This document shows, piece by piece, positions 24,163-39,117 of a DNA stretch of 64,000 nucleotides. The translations under genes and the position numbers were made by a program. Positions within the stretch are counted from its first letter, which is position 1, and every line of letters begins with the position of its first letter. Source of the stretch: Amoebidium appalachense (taxonomy: Eukaryota > Protista > Ichthyosporea); contig CAVNZM010000010.1 of NCBI GenBank assembly GCA_963693365.1, forward strand, positions 3,594,159 to 3,658,158. Reading direction: 5' to 3'. The notes below the pieces were generated by a model, which had not been told where the DNA came from, did not search any database, and saw only the letters and a program-made list of their open reading frames with translations.

Positions 24163-25404
24163 ATGTCTCAAAAAGCTGTCTTTGCAACCAAAATGGACAA
24201 CCAGTTTCTGCGTTGGCATATACGACGCAGATGGCTACTGCAAGCCATCACCATGATGTCACTGTGTGCAGTGATCTACACTTTTCTCTCGGCATCGTAC
24301 GAAGAACCCGAAACACTCACCCTCGAAAACGACCAACTAGGTGTATATTCACCGAAAAACAAACCGGATAATGTCTTAGAGGAGCACGATACTCTCCCTC
24401 TGCTTCAGGCCCCGGGAGGTGTCGAGGAAAAGACTTTACTGGAAATCCCTACGGGAAAACGGGAATCCCTACTTTCCCGATCTCCTGGTAACGGCCTGGA
24501 GGGTGATGTGACGAGTTATTTCCCGGTTTTGGAGCAAGCGCGCGCGAAACATGAGAGCCTTTTTCTTCCTGTAGTCCTTGAGAATGGGTATACGGGTGTG
24601 GAAACTGTGTGCAATCCGATGAATGACAGGAAGGATCGATCCGACCGCATCATACATGTGGCCATTGGTGTTTTGAGCGGGTCCATGCCGAAGTATCGTG
24701 ACAGGAGGCAGAAATGGCGGGAGGCGTGGTCGAAATGGCCGGCGAAAATGCGGGTGCTCGCCGTGATGAGATTCTTCGTGGCGCTTCCGGAAACATCCGA
24801 ACAACTGCGCGCACTCCAGGATGAGGCGGATGAGCACAAAGACATGATCATCCTGGGCCACAGGGATCACTACACGAACATCACGATGAAGAGCATTGGT
24901 GTGTTCACGTGGGGGGCGGAAATGTGCGGGTCGTACTACACCGTAAAGACGGATGACGACACCTTCATTCATCTTCCGCGGCTTCTGATGAAACTCTACA
25001 CCCTCACCCCTACCGCCATATACGCGGGAACAAAATTGAACTCGGTACCCTGGCACCCCTTAAGAAACCCGCAATCGCAATGGTACACGCCACTTAAGGA
25101 ATTTCCTTTTAAGGAAGGTCCGGGGTACATTCGCGGCGCCATGATTGTAATGTCGTGGGACTTGGCTTCGGTGGTTGCTAGGGTGAGGCACAGCCCCAAT
25201 TTTCATTGGTTGGCCCACGAAGACGTGACTTTGGGATATATTTTGGCCCCCTTAAAACCGAATTTATTAGATATCCCGTTGACGTTTTCGCCCCGGCAGT
25301 GCAAGGAGAGTGCGGTGGCTGTTCACTATGTCCCCGCGGATAAACTTTCAGTGTTGATGGAAAATGTGTTGAATAAGAGGCCGTTGTGCCAGGGATATCC
25401 GTAG
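24163..25404 (+). CDS. GT31-family beta-1,3-galactosyl/glycosyltransferase (type II membrane protein), intronless
   Basis: 413-aa ORF with an N-terminal TM segment and stem, then RRxxWRxxW, LQDEADEHKDMI, DHYTNITMKS, VKTDDDTF (DxD motif), RNPQSQWY, PGYIRGAMIVMSWDL and HEDVTLG, all hallmark Galactosyl_T motifs. Confidence 0.9.
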   Translation: MSQKAVFATKMDNQFLRWHIRRRWLLQAITMMSLCAVIYTFLSASYEEPETLTLENDQLGVYSPKNKPDNVLEEHDTLPLLQAPGGVEEKTLLEIPTGKRESLLSRSPGNGLEGDVTSYFPVLEQARAKHESLFLPVVLENGYTGVETVCNPMNDRKDRSDRIIHVAIGVLSGSMPKYRDRRQKWREAWSKWPAKMRVLAVMRFFVALPETSEQLRALQDEADEHKDMIILGHRDHYTNITMKSIGVFTWGAEMCGSYYTVKTDDDTFIHLPRLLMKLYTLTPTAIYAGTKLNSVPWHPLRNPQSQWYTPLKEFPFKEGPGYIRGAMIVMSWDLASVVARVRHSPNFHWLAHEDVTLGYILAPLKPNLLDIPLTFSPRQCKESAVAVHYVPADKLSVLMENVLNKRPLCQGYP

Positions 25405-25651
25405 GAAAGTACATACTATGTGCATGCGCAGATGTTTTGGGGTTTTGCAATAGAAGTACTTTTTATTTTATTTTTATGTGTTTGTTTATTTATTTAGTTT
25501 TTTTTTTTTATTTTTTTTTTTTTTTTTTTTTTTTTTTTGGGGGGGGGGGGGGGGGAGGTTAAAAGGAGGGGTATTTCGTGCTTTGAATGTATGTATCTAC
25601 TTCTTTGGTAGATGTTGGTTGGCACGTGCTTGCACACACACACAGAGTGAG

Positions 25652-25683
<32 letters not shown>

Positions 25684-25725
25684 GTACACGTACACGCACA
25701 TTCACACACACGTGATACACACACA

Positions 25726-25802
<77 letters not shown>

Positions 25803-26681
25803 TATGTATATCCCCGCACAATCACAGAACAGAGCGGACACTTAACTAGGGCATAGGGCAGGCAGGCGGCTAAGGGTGGGACGGGTGTCCTTTACCCATC
25901 TGCACACTATATCTAGATTTGCCAGTATTATCAAAGATATTTTGATGAATGCATCATCGTCTGTGTACATATGTCTGTTTAAAACTGAATGAAGGCGTGT
26001 GCATATATTAACTTTCAGTATGGTGAGAGTGAAGTGTACAGTTTGCAGGATAGGTCATAGTTGACCTTTTCTCTCAGAATGTCTGTCCTATTTAAATATT
26101 ATATACTACCGGACGGTAACCTTTCAATCGTGTACGAATAGAAAGATAAATGGTGCCATCTGCGCAGAGTTAGGCCCAGCGCTTGCATGTCCACCTCCTC
26201 CCCGGAAATTCACGTAATTGTTTGTTGAATGCCATTTGGGGGCTTTGTCTCTGTTTCTTAAATGGAAAGATGGGGTGGGGGGGGGGGGGGGGAGGGGGAG
26301 GGGGACAGTCACGGAGGGCAAGGATTATCTCGACTCCCGTGGTTTTGCACATGAACTTGTAAGTTTCTCCAATCAGCTTTCATATCGATTGGCTTATTCA
26401 GTCGGCCCGTTCCTCTTTTAGTAATGCTCTACTTTATCAGAATCATTGTATCTGAGCGTGCGATCGCAATAGTAATTTCGGTTTGGTCGGTTTGATCGGT
26501 CTCTGTTTCCAAGTCTTAAACGCATTCTTCAAAGACAGGTCGCCCTATATTTCCCCTCTCTCTATCTCCGTCTCCCCTTCCTCCCCCCAACTCTTACCCT
26601 TCCCCGATTTCACCATCCCAGCCCCTATTTCTTTCCCTCTCTCTTGTCTTTCTTTCTCTCCTCTCTCTTTCCCCCTGTGCC

Positions 26682-26721
<40 letters not shown>

Positions 26722-26799
26722 TCCCCCACCATCTCCCCCGTTTACTCTCCAGATGGCAGGAAAATGACCCCATACGATTTTATTGTTTGATACCATGTA

Positions 26800-26920
26800 C
26801 TTTTCTTTACGCACCAAAACTTCCTGCCCAAATTCCTGTATTTGGCTTATCCGTGAGATCGCGCGCGAATTATTGGTCCATACATTTTTTTAGATCATCG
26901 GCAATATTCCTACTTTTCTA
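26800..26920. mobile_element. Partial copy of the 14454-14759 MITE family
   Basis: CAAAACTTCCTGCCCAAATTCCTGTATTTGGCTTATCCGTGAGATCGCGCGCGAATTATTGGTCCATACA matches the reverse complement of ~14635-14710. Confidence 0.6.
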
Positions 26921-27177
26921 TTGCTTTATATATGTATCGTGGGGAATAAATGATTCCTCTGCGACCATGTTTTACACAGCGCTTGTGTATGTGGGTGTGT
27001 TGGTGTGCCACTTTGGGGAGGGGAAGGGGCTGACGGGGAGAGGGGAAGGGGGGGGGGGGGGGGGGGGGGAGGTAGGAAAAGGGGGAGGGAAGGGGGGGAG
27101 GGGTGTTGCTGTGATGCATGGCGTGCGTGCTTGCGTGAGTTTGTGTGTGTGATGTGCCAGTCTGTGTACACGTGTGT

Positions 27178-27275
<98 letters not shown>

Positions 27276-27543
27276 GTGCGTGTGTGTGTGTGTGTGCACT
27301 GTGTGTGTGTGTGTGTTTTCACTATTTTTTGTTCTTTTTTATTTTTATCCGTTTTGTTCCCAGAGGGACCCCTAGGGGACCCTTAGAGAAACTACCGTTC
27401 CACCCAGCCCCGACTACACTCTTCTAGCTAGGGTGCTACGGTGCCAATAGATAACTTTACACACCATTACCAATCCTAACTATATGTGCATGCTTAGTTA
27501 GCCCAAGTTTTCTCACCCCAGCCTCCGTGGTCACGGTAGGTAG

Positions 27544-28521
<978 letters not shown>

Positions 28522-29420
28522 CGGGTCCTCGGAGTCCAAGAGAAGGTGCCCGCCTTTTAATATTAGAATTAACGTAGTTTCCCGAATTCACGTACTTGGC
28601 CATATGGTGTTTGTGGTATAGAGGATGGCAAAATAATAGCAAAGAAGCATACGCATTTCAATGCTGGACATTCAAAGTGGGAGGAAACCTGCATGTCAAT
28701 CGATTGTTTTTGAGGTTCCCCCCCCCTCCCCCCCATTCCCCCCTCCCCCTCCCTCCCCCCTCCCCCCTCCACCCCCTAATCACCCCCCCCCCTCCCCCCC
28801 CCCCCCCCCACAACCTTCCCCCTCTCTCATACAGGATCCCTCTCCTTCCGCACATGCCGTAAAGCCTTAGTTCGAATTCGGCCCTGTATATTATGGCTCT
28901 GTACGTATACCTTGTTGGGTGGAAGTTGCAGCTTTGGTTGCGGTGATGTCGCAGATGCAGGCGGCAGGAATGTAAACAGCCGTACAGCCACAGCTTTTCG
29001 ACCAATAGGAATAGATCTTGTCCTGATAGCAAGCTATTGGAAAAACTGTAGCCCGAACTCACCACACCACACACACACAACTTCTTTGCAGTGTACAGCA
29101 GTTCCCGTAAAGTTTTTCGTCTGCGCTTAGGGGGTTAGCACACACGCCATACACCGGCAACACCAGCACGTTTTGCTATAAGGACGCCTGGGGCAGGGAC
29201 TTTAGCGCTAGTCCACTAGATCCATTCTAGACCACACAGTAGATAGGGGGGTGTGGTGACGGCCTCCCCAGGCCTCACCCCTCTTTGGTGTAACTACTGT
29301 TGGCTGAGCACCTTATAGCATAGCTGGTTTTATACGGTCTGCTCTTGTACACCTACACACACCGACACACAAAATAAGTATACGAAAATACAGTGAATAC
29401 ACTACAAAATACACCACCTT

Positions 29421-29532
29421 CCCTGATTGGCAGCGTTGACCAATCGCAGCGCAGAACTCGTTTAGCCAATCGAATAAACGCATTTGAACCAATCGGAAAT
29501 CAACACCACTCTATCCCCATGGTATATAAAAA
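29421..29532 (+). promoter_or_regulatory. Promoter of MFS copy 1: four CCAAT boxes and a TATA box
   Basis: GATTGG (29425), CCAATC (29440, 29466, 29489) and TATATAAAAA (29523), about 200 bp upstream of the first ATG. Confidence 0.6.
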
Positions 29533-29724
29533 GGAGCGAATTCAGAATGCGATTCATAATCGGTGTCAAAAACCACGTGAACGAACGCATTTGCATTTCT
29601 TACACAGTGCGCGTACTACTTACGCTCGAAACATGATCATATATATCTTGGGATACAAAAATTGCAAGCGCTTGCACATTTATAGTTCGCATATAATATA
29701 GATACTTATTTAAAAAAAAACACA

Positions 29725-31336
29725 ATGGCGCATACACAACAGACATATACGAACAGCTGCAGCTGCAGTATGGACAATGCTGACATGACGATTCTCTCTA
29801 TGCCTCCGGCATCACTCTTCACAGAACCCCAAAACACCAAAACAAACACCTATCATGCGACCGAAAGTCCAGAAAGAAGAAAGCACAGTTTTTGACATTA
29901 GCATGTACACTACTTGCTGGTCGTTTCTTCGCTCAATGCACCCAAACATAGCCCTCACTATCTGTTACCAAACACTCTTCGGTGGATACATTGGTATGCT
30001 CTTCACCATACAGACACCTTACAACGACAAAACGACGCACAACCTCATGCAAATCTGTTATCTCATTGCCGCCCGCGGGGGCACTTAAAGTGTTTGCAGG
30101 GTTTCCCGCACAATATCTCGCCAACCGCTACGGCAGAGTCGCAGTCATTCGCCTGGCCATGGGTGGCATCTTTGGTATCGTCGCGGTTGCCCTACAAGCC
30201 GCGAACCTTTTTCAACCTTTCGACAATTGGGAGAAAAACCACGCGTTTCTCGCAGCTGGAGTATGCGCCGAGGCAGTTCACCAAGGTATTACAAAGCCGT
30301 CCATCGGTGCGCTCTATGCCGCGGCCGTACCGACTGCGTGCCGCAGCAAATACGAGTCTCTGCGCACTGTGTGCAACCTGCTGGCGTCGGCGGGGGGGCC
30401 TCTTCTCAGCTTAATGATATTCGCGATTGTCCGCAACGAGTGCGGTATGAAACCTATGACTGTAGTCTACGCTGGTTGCCTTGTTCTGTTTTTGGGCGCG
30501 TTGGTGTTTCTTCCGTTTTTCAAGGATGCTACTAGAGCTCGCTGCCATGGCCTGAGGAGCATGCGCACGCACAGGATTTGGAGTCTGGTGCGACACAGAC
30601 ACACACGCCGCAGGCACACACGTCACAAATCTCCCCAATCACTTTTGCATGCGCCGAAAAAACGAAAAGCACAACTGGTATCGTCGTCCAAGAATTAAAA
30701 GCCATCGTATCTTCCACCACATCCCGCGGGATTCCCAGGGAGTGGGTCCCATACTTGATCGCCGCCGCCGACATTTTCGAGGCGTTCCAGGGCATGGCCG
30801 CTCGGCTTTACATCATTATGTTCGTTAAAGACGTGGGTTTCTCCAGTATCGTTGTTGATGTTCTCTGCATGCTCGCCCCCCTTTTTTCTAGCGTCATGGC
30901 TTTCCTTGCAAATCTTGCCGTTCGTCGGATGGGACGGATGCCCGTGGTTTTCGTTCTCCGAATGATGAGCATGGGTGGGCTGATGATAATGCCGGCTCCA
31001 TCAAAATTCTGTGCTCCTGTTCCCTTGTTGTATTGCATCATCTACTTGGTGAGGACAGGCGCACACGAAGCGTCGATGTCCCTGTCTAGATCCGTTATGA
31101 TGGACTGCTGCCCGCCCAATCAGACGAGCTGTTGGCAGTCTGTTGAATGTGTTGTGAACCTCGTCTCTACGACTTCTGTTATCTTGGGTGGTGAGATTGT
31201 TGTGCAGTTGGGTTATGCACCGCTCAAGTATATTACTGGTGCCGTGCAGATGGTGGGACTTATTCCTTATATTCCTCTGTTTACGATTGTGAAGCGCGAG
31301 AGCGAGTCGAAGGGAACGGCGAATCAAAACGAATGA
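29725..31336 (+). pseudogene. MFS transporter paralog 1, frameshifted (pseudogene or homopolymer sequencing errors)
   Basis: Homologous to 34487-36124 but split over three frames (ORFs 29855, 29982 and 30578). Shifts occur at ~30075 (G5 run), ~30550-30580 and probably near 29850-29890. PSIGALYAAAVPTxCRSKYESLRTV and MDxCPPNxxSxWQSV are conserved. Confidence 0.75.
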
Positions 31337-31763
31337 TTAGATTTTAAATTTATAATGCCACTTGCGATGTACATATGTGTTCTAGACAACCTCTTGTATA
31401 CAAGTGTAGAATATTGCTATCAATTACTGAGTCTCGAATTGAAAAACATTATTTTGACCAGTACGGCAGTAATTTCCTGATGCCTGTATTTGTAAAGATT
31501 TGGGACCAGAAATATTTTTCTAGTGCACGTGCAGCGATAGCAATGTGCAGTTGTACATAAATTATATACCGTAATTAGAAGAAAGGCAAAAACAAAAACA
31601 AACCAAATTATTCTTTGCTCGTAAAGTTGAAGAACTTATGACCCCGCTGAGCTGACATACTATATTTTTACTGTGATCTCAACAGCCTGACAACAAAGCA
31701 ATAAAACCATTTTTGCTGGTGAATACTGTTGGATGTGAACTTAATATAGGTACACACACGCAT

Positions 31764-31875
<112 letters not shown>

Positions 31876-32716
31876 GCGCGCACCTACGAGGGGAATTTCA
31901 AAAGAGGTTGGGGGGGAGGGGGGGGGGGGGGGGGGGGGAGGAGGGAGAGGGGTGATGAAATTAATACTGAGGCAAATAGGCAAGGATTTGAGCTGCAGAA
32001 TGCCGGATAGTTACACACGTGGCCCCCTATTGGGCAATAACAGGCTCTCCCAATTTTGTTTCGATACCAGACAGCAACCCATTTCTATAATTGTAGGCTC
32101 TGCCTTCATGACTTTCAGCACATATCAAGTGGTAGTTCTGAATAATTTATTGAAAAAATGTTTTGTTGATATTAAGAACAAAGAAAGAAAGATCTATGAA
32201 ACTAACAGGTTAACTTGCTAGCTTGTCTGCTAGTGGCGTACCTAAAATTCAGCATATCATATGATGGACACCCGGGGGGAGGGGGAGAGGGGGGGGGGGG
32301 GGGGGGGGAGGGGGGGGAGGAGATGGGCATAGGGTAGGCGTGTGGCCGTGGTGAATATGGCATGTGCATGTATGGTCCACTGCCTACTTTGGCATATAAT
32401 GGGGAAAAATTCGGAATCCCCCCTATGCATTGACCATAATAATAGATTGTGACTATATGTAATGAACTTGCAGTCATGCCACAGGTTGAAGCTTCCTCAT
32501 ATGTGCTATCATCAGTAATCCCTCTTCCTTTTTTCCTTTCTTCTTCTTCCTGTACACTTCTCTCCCCCGTGTGTGTGTATGTGTCTCTCCCTCCCTCCTT
32601 CCCCTCCCTCCCCCCTCCGTCCCTCCCCCTCCACACACACACACACACACACACGCACGCACTCTCTCTCTCTCCCTCTCTCCCTCCCTCCCTCCCTCCC
32701 TCCCTCCCTCCCTCTC

Positions 32717-32772
<56 letters not shown>

Positions 32773-33019
32773 GCTCTGTCTCTCTCGCTCTGTCTCTCTC
32801 TCTCTTCTCTCTCTCCCCCTTCCCCTCTCTCTTGCTCTCCCCCCTCCCCCCTCCCTCCCCTCTCTCCCCCTCATTCTCTCTCTATCTCTCTCCCCCTCTC
32901 TATTTTTTTTTTTTTTGGGGGGGGGGGGGGGGACAGGGGAGGATGGGTACTGTAGAAGGGGAACGAATGTGTTGCTACTGTGTGTGCGCGTGTGTTTCTG
33001 CGTGTCTGTGTGTTTGTGT

Positions 33020-33055
<36 letters not shown>

Positions 33056-33076
33056 GTGTGTGTGTGCGTGCGTGTT

Positions 33077-33141
<65 letters not shown>

Positions 33142-33704
33142 GTACGTGTGTGTGCGTGTGCATGGTGTATACATGTGTGCGTGTGCATGAGTGCGTGCGT
33201 ATGTAGGTCCGTGTGCGTGTACACACGTGTGTGTCTGACGTGTACTACGTGTGCGTGTGAATGTGTCTGCACATGTTTGTATGTGTTCCGCGTGTGTGTA
33301 CGTATATATATATGTGTGTGTGTGTGCGTGTGTTTGTGCGTGTGTTTGTGCGTGTGTGTGCGTGCGTTCGCCGGGTGTGTGTGTGTGTGTATGTGTGTGT
33401 GTGGGGGGCATGCACTCTGGGGCTCAATCTCATGGGGCGGAGGGTGGGGTGGGGGGGGGGGGTGGGGGTGGGGGGAGGAGGGGGTGGGGGGGGAGGGGGA
33501 AGGGAGGGGGTGTTACCAGGTTGTTTGTCAAAAGGAGTGTTTGTATCATTGTCACGGTACGCTGTTTGGGTGAGTTTTTCCCGCGGCGCCTCTTCCTGCT
33601 GTGTTTTTGTCATGCAGTAACAGCGACTCGCGGCGTGTTTTCACCTCTGTACATGTGTGTGGTGCACCGTTACCCGGGCGATGAAACGGCCCGCTGCCTT
33701 CGCT

Positions 33705-33805
33705 CCAATCAATTCGCTCGCTTTCTCGTTCACCAATCATAATGGGCCCCCTTACAAGGTTAAATTTAGCCAATCGGAATTTGATTACTTTCGAGCACCA
33801 ATAGG
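33705..33805 (+). promoter_or_regulatory. Cluster of four CCAAT boxes upstream of MFS copy 2 (TATA at ~34296)
   Basis: CCAAT at ~33705, 33733, 33770 and 33798; CCTATAAAA at ~34294; possible 5'UTR intron GTAAGA (34375) to TTTAG (34478). Confidence 0.45.
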
Positions 33806-34486
33806 AATACAGCTACTTTTAGGGATTGAAATTACATCTCAAAGTCGTCGTATTAACGAGTAGCCATTCAGCAGCGCTGTTAGTTTTATTAGTCGACGTA
33901 TTACCCATTCGTAGCAGTCAAGTAGGCCTCAAAACTGTATTGTGATGTTTTTTATGTTCAATTGGGTGTTTTATTATGATAAAATGATCAGATGGTCAGT
34001 TGGGCACTCCAGATATATGAATATATAGAGCCATGTTTGCTAGACGGGGTCCGTAATTAATGATTGGAAAGAAGAATCATTAAGTTACAAACATAACAGT
34101 GAAATTTTGTTAATATGTTGGGTCTATATAAGTCTAAATTGAAACAAAGCCCACATAATATGATATGTGCGATTTAGAATTTCCGATAGTACGGTTGCTC
34201 AGGTAGCGAAGCCAAACTTTGTGACCCCCCACAAGTTCAACCCCTGGCTATTTGGAGAATGTCAGAGTCACATTCCATGGCGGCTTGCAGGCTCCTATAA
34301 AATTCCTCGGGCCCAGTCAAACAACTCAGTCATGCAAACGCAACGCATCCGGCATACACTGTCGCCCGAAGGCAGTAAGATGTTGTTTCCGATTATAAAT
34401 TAGAATACATCCCCGCCCTTTTCATATACCAAACAGTACATTATTTAGCCTCCTTTCCCTTTTTTTTTAATCCTTTAGCCTGCAAA

Positions 34487-36124
34487 ATGGCAAACACGTT
34501 GTTAGCACAAGGCGCCACACAACAGAACGAAGAGTTCGTCAACATCGAACTCAACACAATGCCAAAACCAACCGAACAGTCAAACGCGGAAGAAACCACA
34601 CACGCAGTTGAAGAATCCCCGGGCAATAACGAGAGTCTCTGGGCGTTTATACGCGGACTCCACAGAAACATCGCTCTCACTCTCTGTTACCAAATGGTGT
34701 TCGGCGCTTGCAACGGAATGCTGTTCACTGTCCAGACTCCCTACATCGACGAAAAGACACAGAACCCCGTATATACAGGCTACATTGCTGCTTGGCGCGG
34801 TATTGCAAAAGCGATCAGCGGCCTTCCCGCGGCGTACCTTGCTGATAACCACGGAAGGGACTCCGTCATTCGCGTTGGTGGTCTTGTTGGGCTGGTAGGA
34901 ACCCTCCTGCAGGTTGCCAGTCTTCTCAACGCCCTCCCCACCGTGAAGGAAAACTACTTTCTTCTTGCAGCTGGTATATGCACAGAGGCACTTCACCAAG
35001 GTATTGCAATGCCCTCTATCGGTGCGCTCTATGCCGCGGCCGTACCGACTGGGTGCCGAAGCAAATACGAGTCTCTGCGTACGGTGGTCAACCTGTTGGC
35101 GTCGGCGGCAGGGCCCATTTTGAGCATCGCCGTTTTTGCATCCATCGGCAACAAGTGGACATTGCCGTGCATGACGGCGGTCTACCTTGCATCATTGGTT
35201 CTCTTTTTGTGCTCCAATGCGTTTTTCCCGTTTTTTAAGGATTCTCGCCGCAAATCATCGCAGACTTCTAACGAGCAAGGCGCCGTCGCCGTAGAACCGG
35301 CGGGAGCTCAGGGTGACGTTTCGAATAATGATACAGAGCCGATCAACACAATGTGTAGGACTGACCCGGAAGCATGTCAGCCCTCAACCTCTGCCACTGT
35401 TACCACCCCTGCAGGACAAGTAACCTTCAGCGAATGTTCCAATGCGAAGAAGAACGCACCCGTAGCAACCGTCGAGATCGAAAACCAAAGCACATGCACG
35501 ACTTCAAGCACAAGCATAAACACGTGTACATTTGCAGCAGACACCACCCACGTGTTTGCAAAGTGGGTGCCCCATTTCATGGCGGCCGCAGATATTCTCG
35601 AAGCGCTTCAGGGCATGGCCTACCGGTTCATACTTGTGTTTCTCGTCAACGAACTCGTTTTCAGTCCCATTTTAGTCGACGTTATCGCTCTTCTTTCCCC
35701 TCTTTTCGCCGCTGTAATGGTCTTTCTTGCAAACATTGCTGTTCGCCGGTTCGGCCGCATGCCTGTTATATTCGCACTGCGGCTCGTTAGTGCTCTAGGT
35801 ATGCTATTTCTAGCTCTCCCTCAACATCTTTGGCGCGAAGCACCGTGGGCGTTTTGCATCGTCTATCTTCTTAGGACCGGGGCCCGTGAGGCTTCTATGC
35901 CCCTGACTAGAGCCGTCGTGATGGACTACTGCCCGCCCAATGAAATGAGCCGCTGGCAGTCTGTGGATTGTTTTGTTAGCCTTGTGGGTCTTTGTTCGGC
36001 TATGATAGGTGGTGTGATGATAAACTGTTTGGGATATGCCTATTTGTGGTTGGTTGCGGGCGCTGTGCAGGTTGTCGGTCTGGCTCCTTACATCCCTCTG
36101 TTCTCCGTTGTTAAGGGACAGTAA
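34487..36124 (+). CDS. Major facilitator superfamily transporter, intact and intronless (545 aa)
   Basis: Two bundles of hydrophobic helices separated by a long hydrophilic loop; motif A-like AYLADNHGRDSV and AVRRFGRMPVI. Confidence 0.88.
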   Translation: MANTLLAQGATQQNEEFVNIELNTMPKPTEQSNAEETTHAVEESPGNNESLWAFIRGLHRNIALTLCYQMVFGACNGMLFTVQTPYIDEKTQNPVYTGYIAAWRGIAKAISGLPAAYLADNHGRDSVIRVGGLVGLVGTLLQVASLLNALPTVKENYFLLAAGICTEALHQGIAMPSIGALYAAAVPTGCRSKYESLRTVVNLLASAAGPILSIAVFASIGNKWTLPCMTAVYLASLVLFLCSNAFFPFFKDSRRKSSQTSNEQGAVAVEPAGAQGDVSNNDTEPINTMCRTDPEACQPSTSATVTTPAGQVTFSECSNAKKNAPVATVEIENQSTCTTSSTSINTCTFAADTTHVFAKWVPHFMAAADILEALQGMAYRFILVFLVNELVFSPILVDVIALLSPLFAAVMVFLANIAVRRFGRMPVIFALRLVSALGMLFLALPQHLWREAPWAFCIVYLLRTGAREASMPLTRAVVMDYCPPNEMSRWQSVDCFVSLVGLCSAMIGGVMINCLGYAYLWLVAGAVQVVGLAPYIPLFSVVKGQ

Positions 36125-36465
36125 TTGAATGTATGTACATATACTGTAATTGATTAGGAGTTTTTAATTTGAAGAAACGTGATATACGGTGTTGAGATTT
36201 TCCTCAGGTGGTGAGGCCTGTACACACCTAATTTGTTATTTTATCGCAGCCTCGATAAAACGTTTAGTAAAATGGTTAGAAAACAAACAAAAAAATTACT
36301 ACTCTTTGAAAATGTACATAGCCGATGAATAAAACAGCAATTCGTTTATAGTGAAACAAAGCAACACAAAAATACGACGTTTCTTGAGGGTGGCTTCCGC
36401 CGGTCAATCCGGGGATACAAAATATTGGAGGGGATGTGGGGGTAGTCGGAATTTGTTTTCTTTTT

Positions 36466-36508
<43 letters not shown>

Positions 36509-37297
36509 TCGGGGGGAGCTGGAGGGGGGGAGGGGGGGGGGGGGGGGGGGGGGGGCACCCACCTCTTCCATGCGGCTTAGGGAGGGGATAAGGGGTAGGT
36601 GAGGGTAAGGGTCAACCGCCTAACCGAACCCTCCCCCCCCCCCCCCTCCCCCCTCCCCCCTCCCCACCTTCCCCCCGGGGGGTTATAGACCTGTATTGTG
36701 TTTTGTGTCTGTGTGTGTGTCAAGGGGGGGGGGGAGGGGGGGGGTTGGAGTGCAGACTTACACGCACTCCACAATATGTGTCTATTAGCTTTACAATTGC
36801 TTCCGTGTACACAGACACACGCTGACACACGATCACCACATGCACGAAACACATAGTTCGAGGAATGTTGCCAATTGTGTTTAGACTGCAAACGATTGGT
36901 TCACTGGTCCAAGAGCTCTCTAAATGTAAGTAACCAATCCGATTAGCACCTGGCATCCGGATTCCATTCCAGACTGATGCCCCACGGGTATATAAGCCAC
37001 GTCTCTGCCAGGTGCAGACACGGAGTTTAGTCAGGGAGTTCACACACTGAAAGCCGTAAAAACGGGTCAGCGCCCGAGCGCGCCACCACGACCCTTGACA
37101 CAGCGGACTCTACTTCCAACAGGGGGAAGGAGGTGGGAGGGGGGACCGAGGGGGGGAGGGGAGGGGAGAGCGGAACCCACTCCTTCAGCACCATTAGTAT
37201 CGAATATCATATAATGCGAGTGTTTGGCAGTGGCACAACCCTAAACCGTAAACACTATCGTTTGGCCCATACAATATGACCGATAAATTTTTTTTTA

Positions 37298-37415
<118 letters not shown>

Positions 37416-37494
37416 TGAGAGAGAGAGAGGGAGAAAGAGAGAGAGAGAGAGAGAGAGAGAACGAGAGAGACTCGAGAGAGACTCGAGAGAGAAC

Positions 37495-37538
<44 letters not shown>

Positions 37539-37604
37539 GAGAGAGAGACATTGTTTGTGTGTGTGTGTGTGCGCGCTCGCGTGCGTGCATGCGTGTGTGT
37601 GTGC

Positions 37605-37667
<63 letters not shown>

Positions 37668-37810
37668 ACGGTGTGTGTGTATGTGTGCAATTCACGAAAC
37701 TGAAAAGTCACACACACACACACACACAAGCGTGCGCGCGCACGCGCACACACACACGCGCGCACACGCACACGCACACAACCACAATCACGCTCAGACA
37801 GATACGCATG

Positions 37811-37846
<36 letters not shown>

Positions 37847-37912
37847 TGCACACACGGACACACGCGCACACACACGACGCAGCGGCAGACAATCTCTCCC
37901 TACCCCCTTCCC

Positions 37913-37952
<40 letters not shown>

Positions 37953-38648
37953 ACACACACACACCTAACACATTTCACATGCACAACCTCTTCAACCCCC
38001 TATCCCCATTTCACCTGAAACACATACGGAGTACAACACACACACACACGTATATGCCTTTTCCCCTCATTAAAGTGCACACCATAAAGGAGAAGGCGAG
38101 GGAAGAGGGGGGGGGGGGGGGGGGGGGGGGGGGGAGGGGGGAGGAGCTTGGAAGATATGTTACTTGGAGATGGTTGAATCAGATGGTGCAAGAGCGTGGA
38201 TATGATTATCTTAGTCATTATCTCCTCCGTATCCGTGAGTAAGACATTTTTGTATTTTCTTCACTGAGACATCTGTGATATCTCGCATGCTTCTCTTTTG
38301 ATGAGCTTATCAATAAAGTCATTATAAGAAAAGGAAAAAAAGAAAAGAAAATACAGTCGGGGTTACGAAAGAACGAATTTTATGCCCTGTCTGCAGGTAG
38401 CCGCTCGCCGCTCCGTATCCAATCACATTAGAGCACCAATGGCAGCATACAGTCGAGATCGAAACATTCACCATTCATAATGATTTTCGAACAGATCTCT
38501 CTATATTCTCATGATTGGGGTGTAGGATTTTACAATCCAACTTCGCTTCCAAATTTTCTAGAAACAAGACACAGGCCAAGAATATTCTGTTACAAGAAAA
38601 GAGATTTTATTTTATACTATTAAGTAACTATAGCAAAAAAAAAAAGAA

Positions 38649-38679
<31 letters not shown>

Positions 38680-38791
38680 TTTTTGGGTGTATTATTGTGT
38701 GTTCCAAATAAATAAAAAAGTTGGAATTTACAATTCGGCATCAGTTTCCCAATTCGCAAAAGTTTATGGTCATCCGATGTTTACCATGAAA

Positions 38792-38838
38792 GACCAATCA
38801 AACGGTTCCAACGGATCGCATTCAGGTATATAAATACC
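38792..38838 (+). promoter_or_regulatory. CCAAT plus TATA promoter upstream of MFS copy 3
   Basis: GACCAATCA (38792) and GGTATATAAATA (38825), similar to the copy 1 promoter (GGTATATAAAAA). Confidence 0.45.
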
Positions 38839-39117
38839 CGCATGCAGATTCCTGTTCATTCAGTCAGTTTCAGTAAGGCTTTCAGTAATTTGTTTAAATC
38901 TTTTCCGTCCGGATACCAATCTAAAACATACACTCTAGTTTGCTATTGTGTTTTAATAAGAAAATGATGTAAAACAACAATTAGTAGCCAACCGACACAC
39001 TCACGTGTATCTTTTTTAAATTTCGAGGCAAACCCCAAGAAAAACGTCGACACACACGGAAGCTGCATTAACGAAGACCAAGCAACCTCAGAAAGGCACT
39101 CAGAAAAATCCCCAGAG

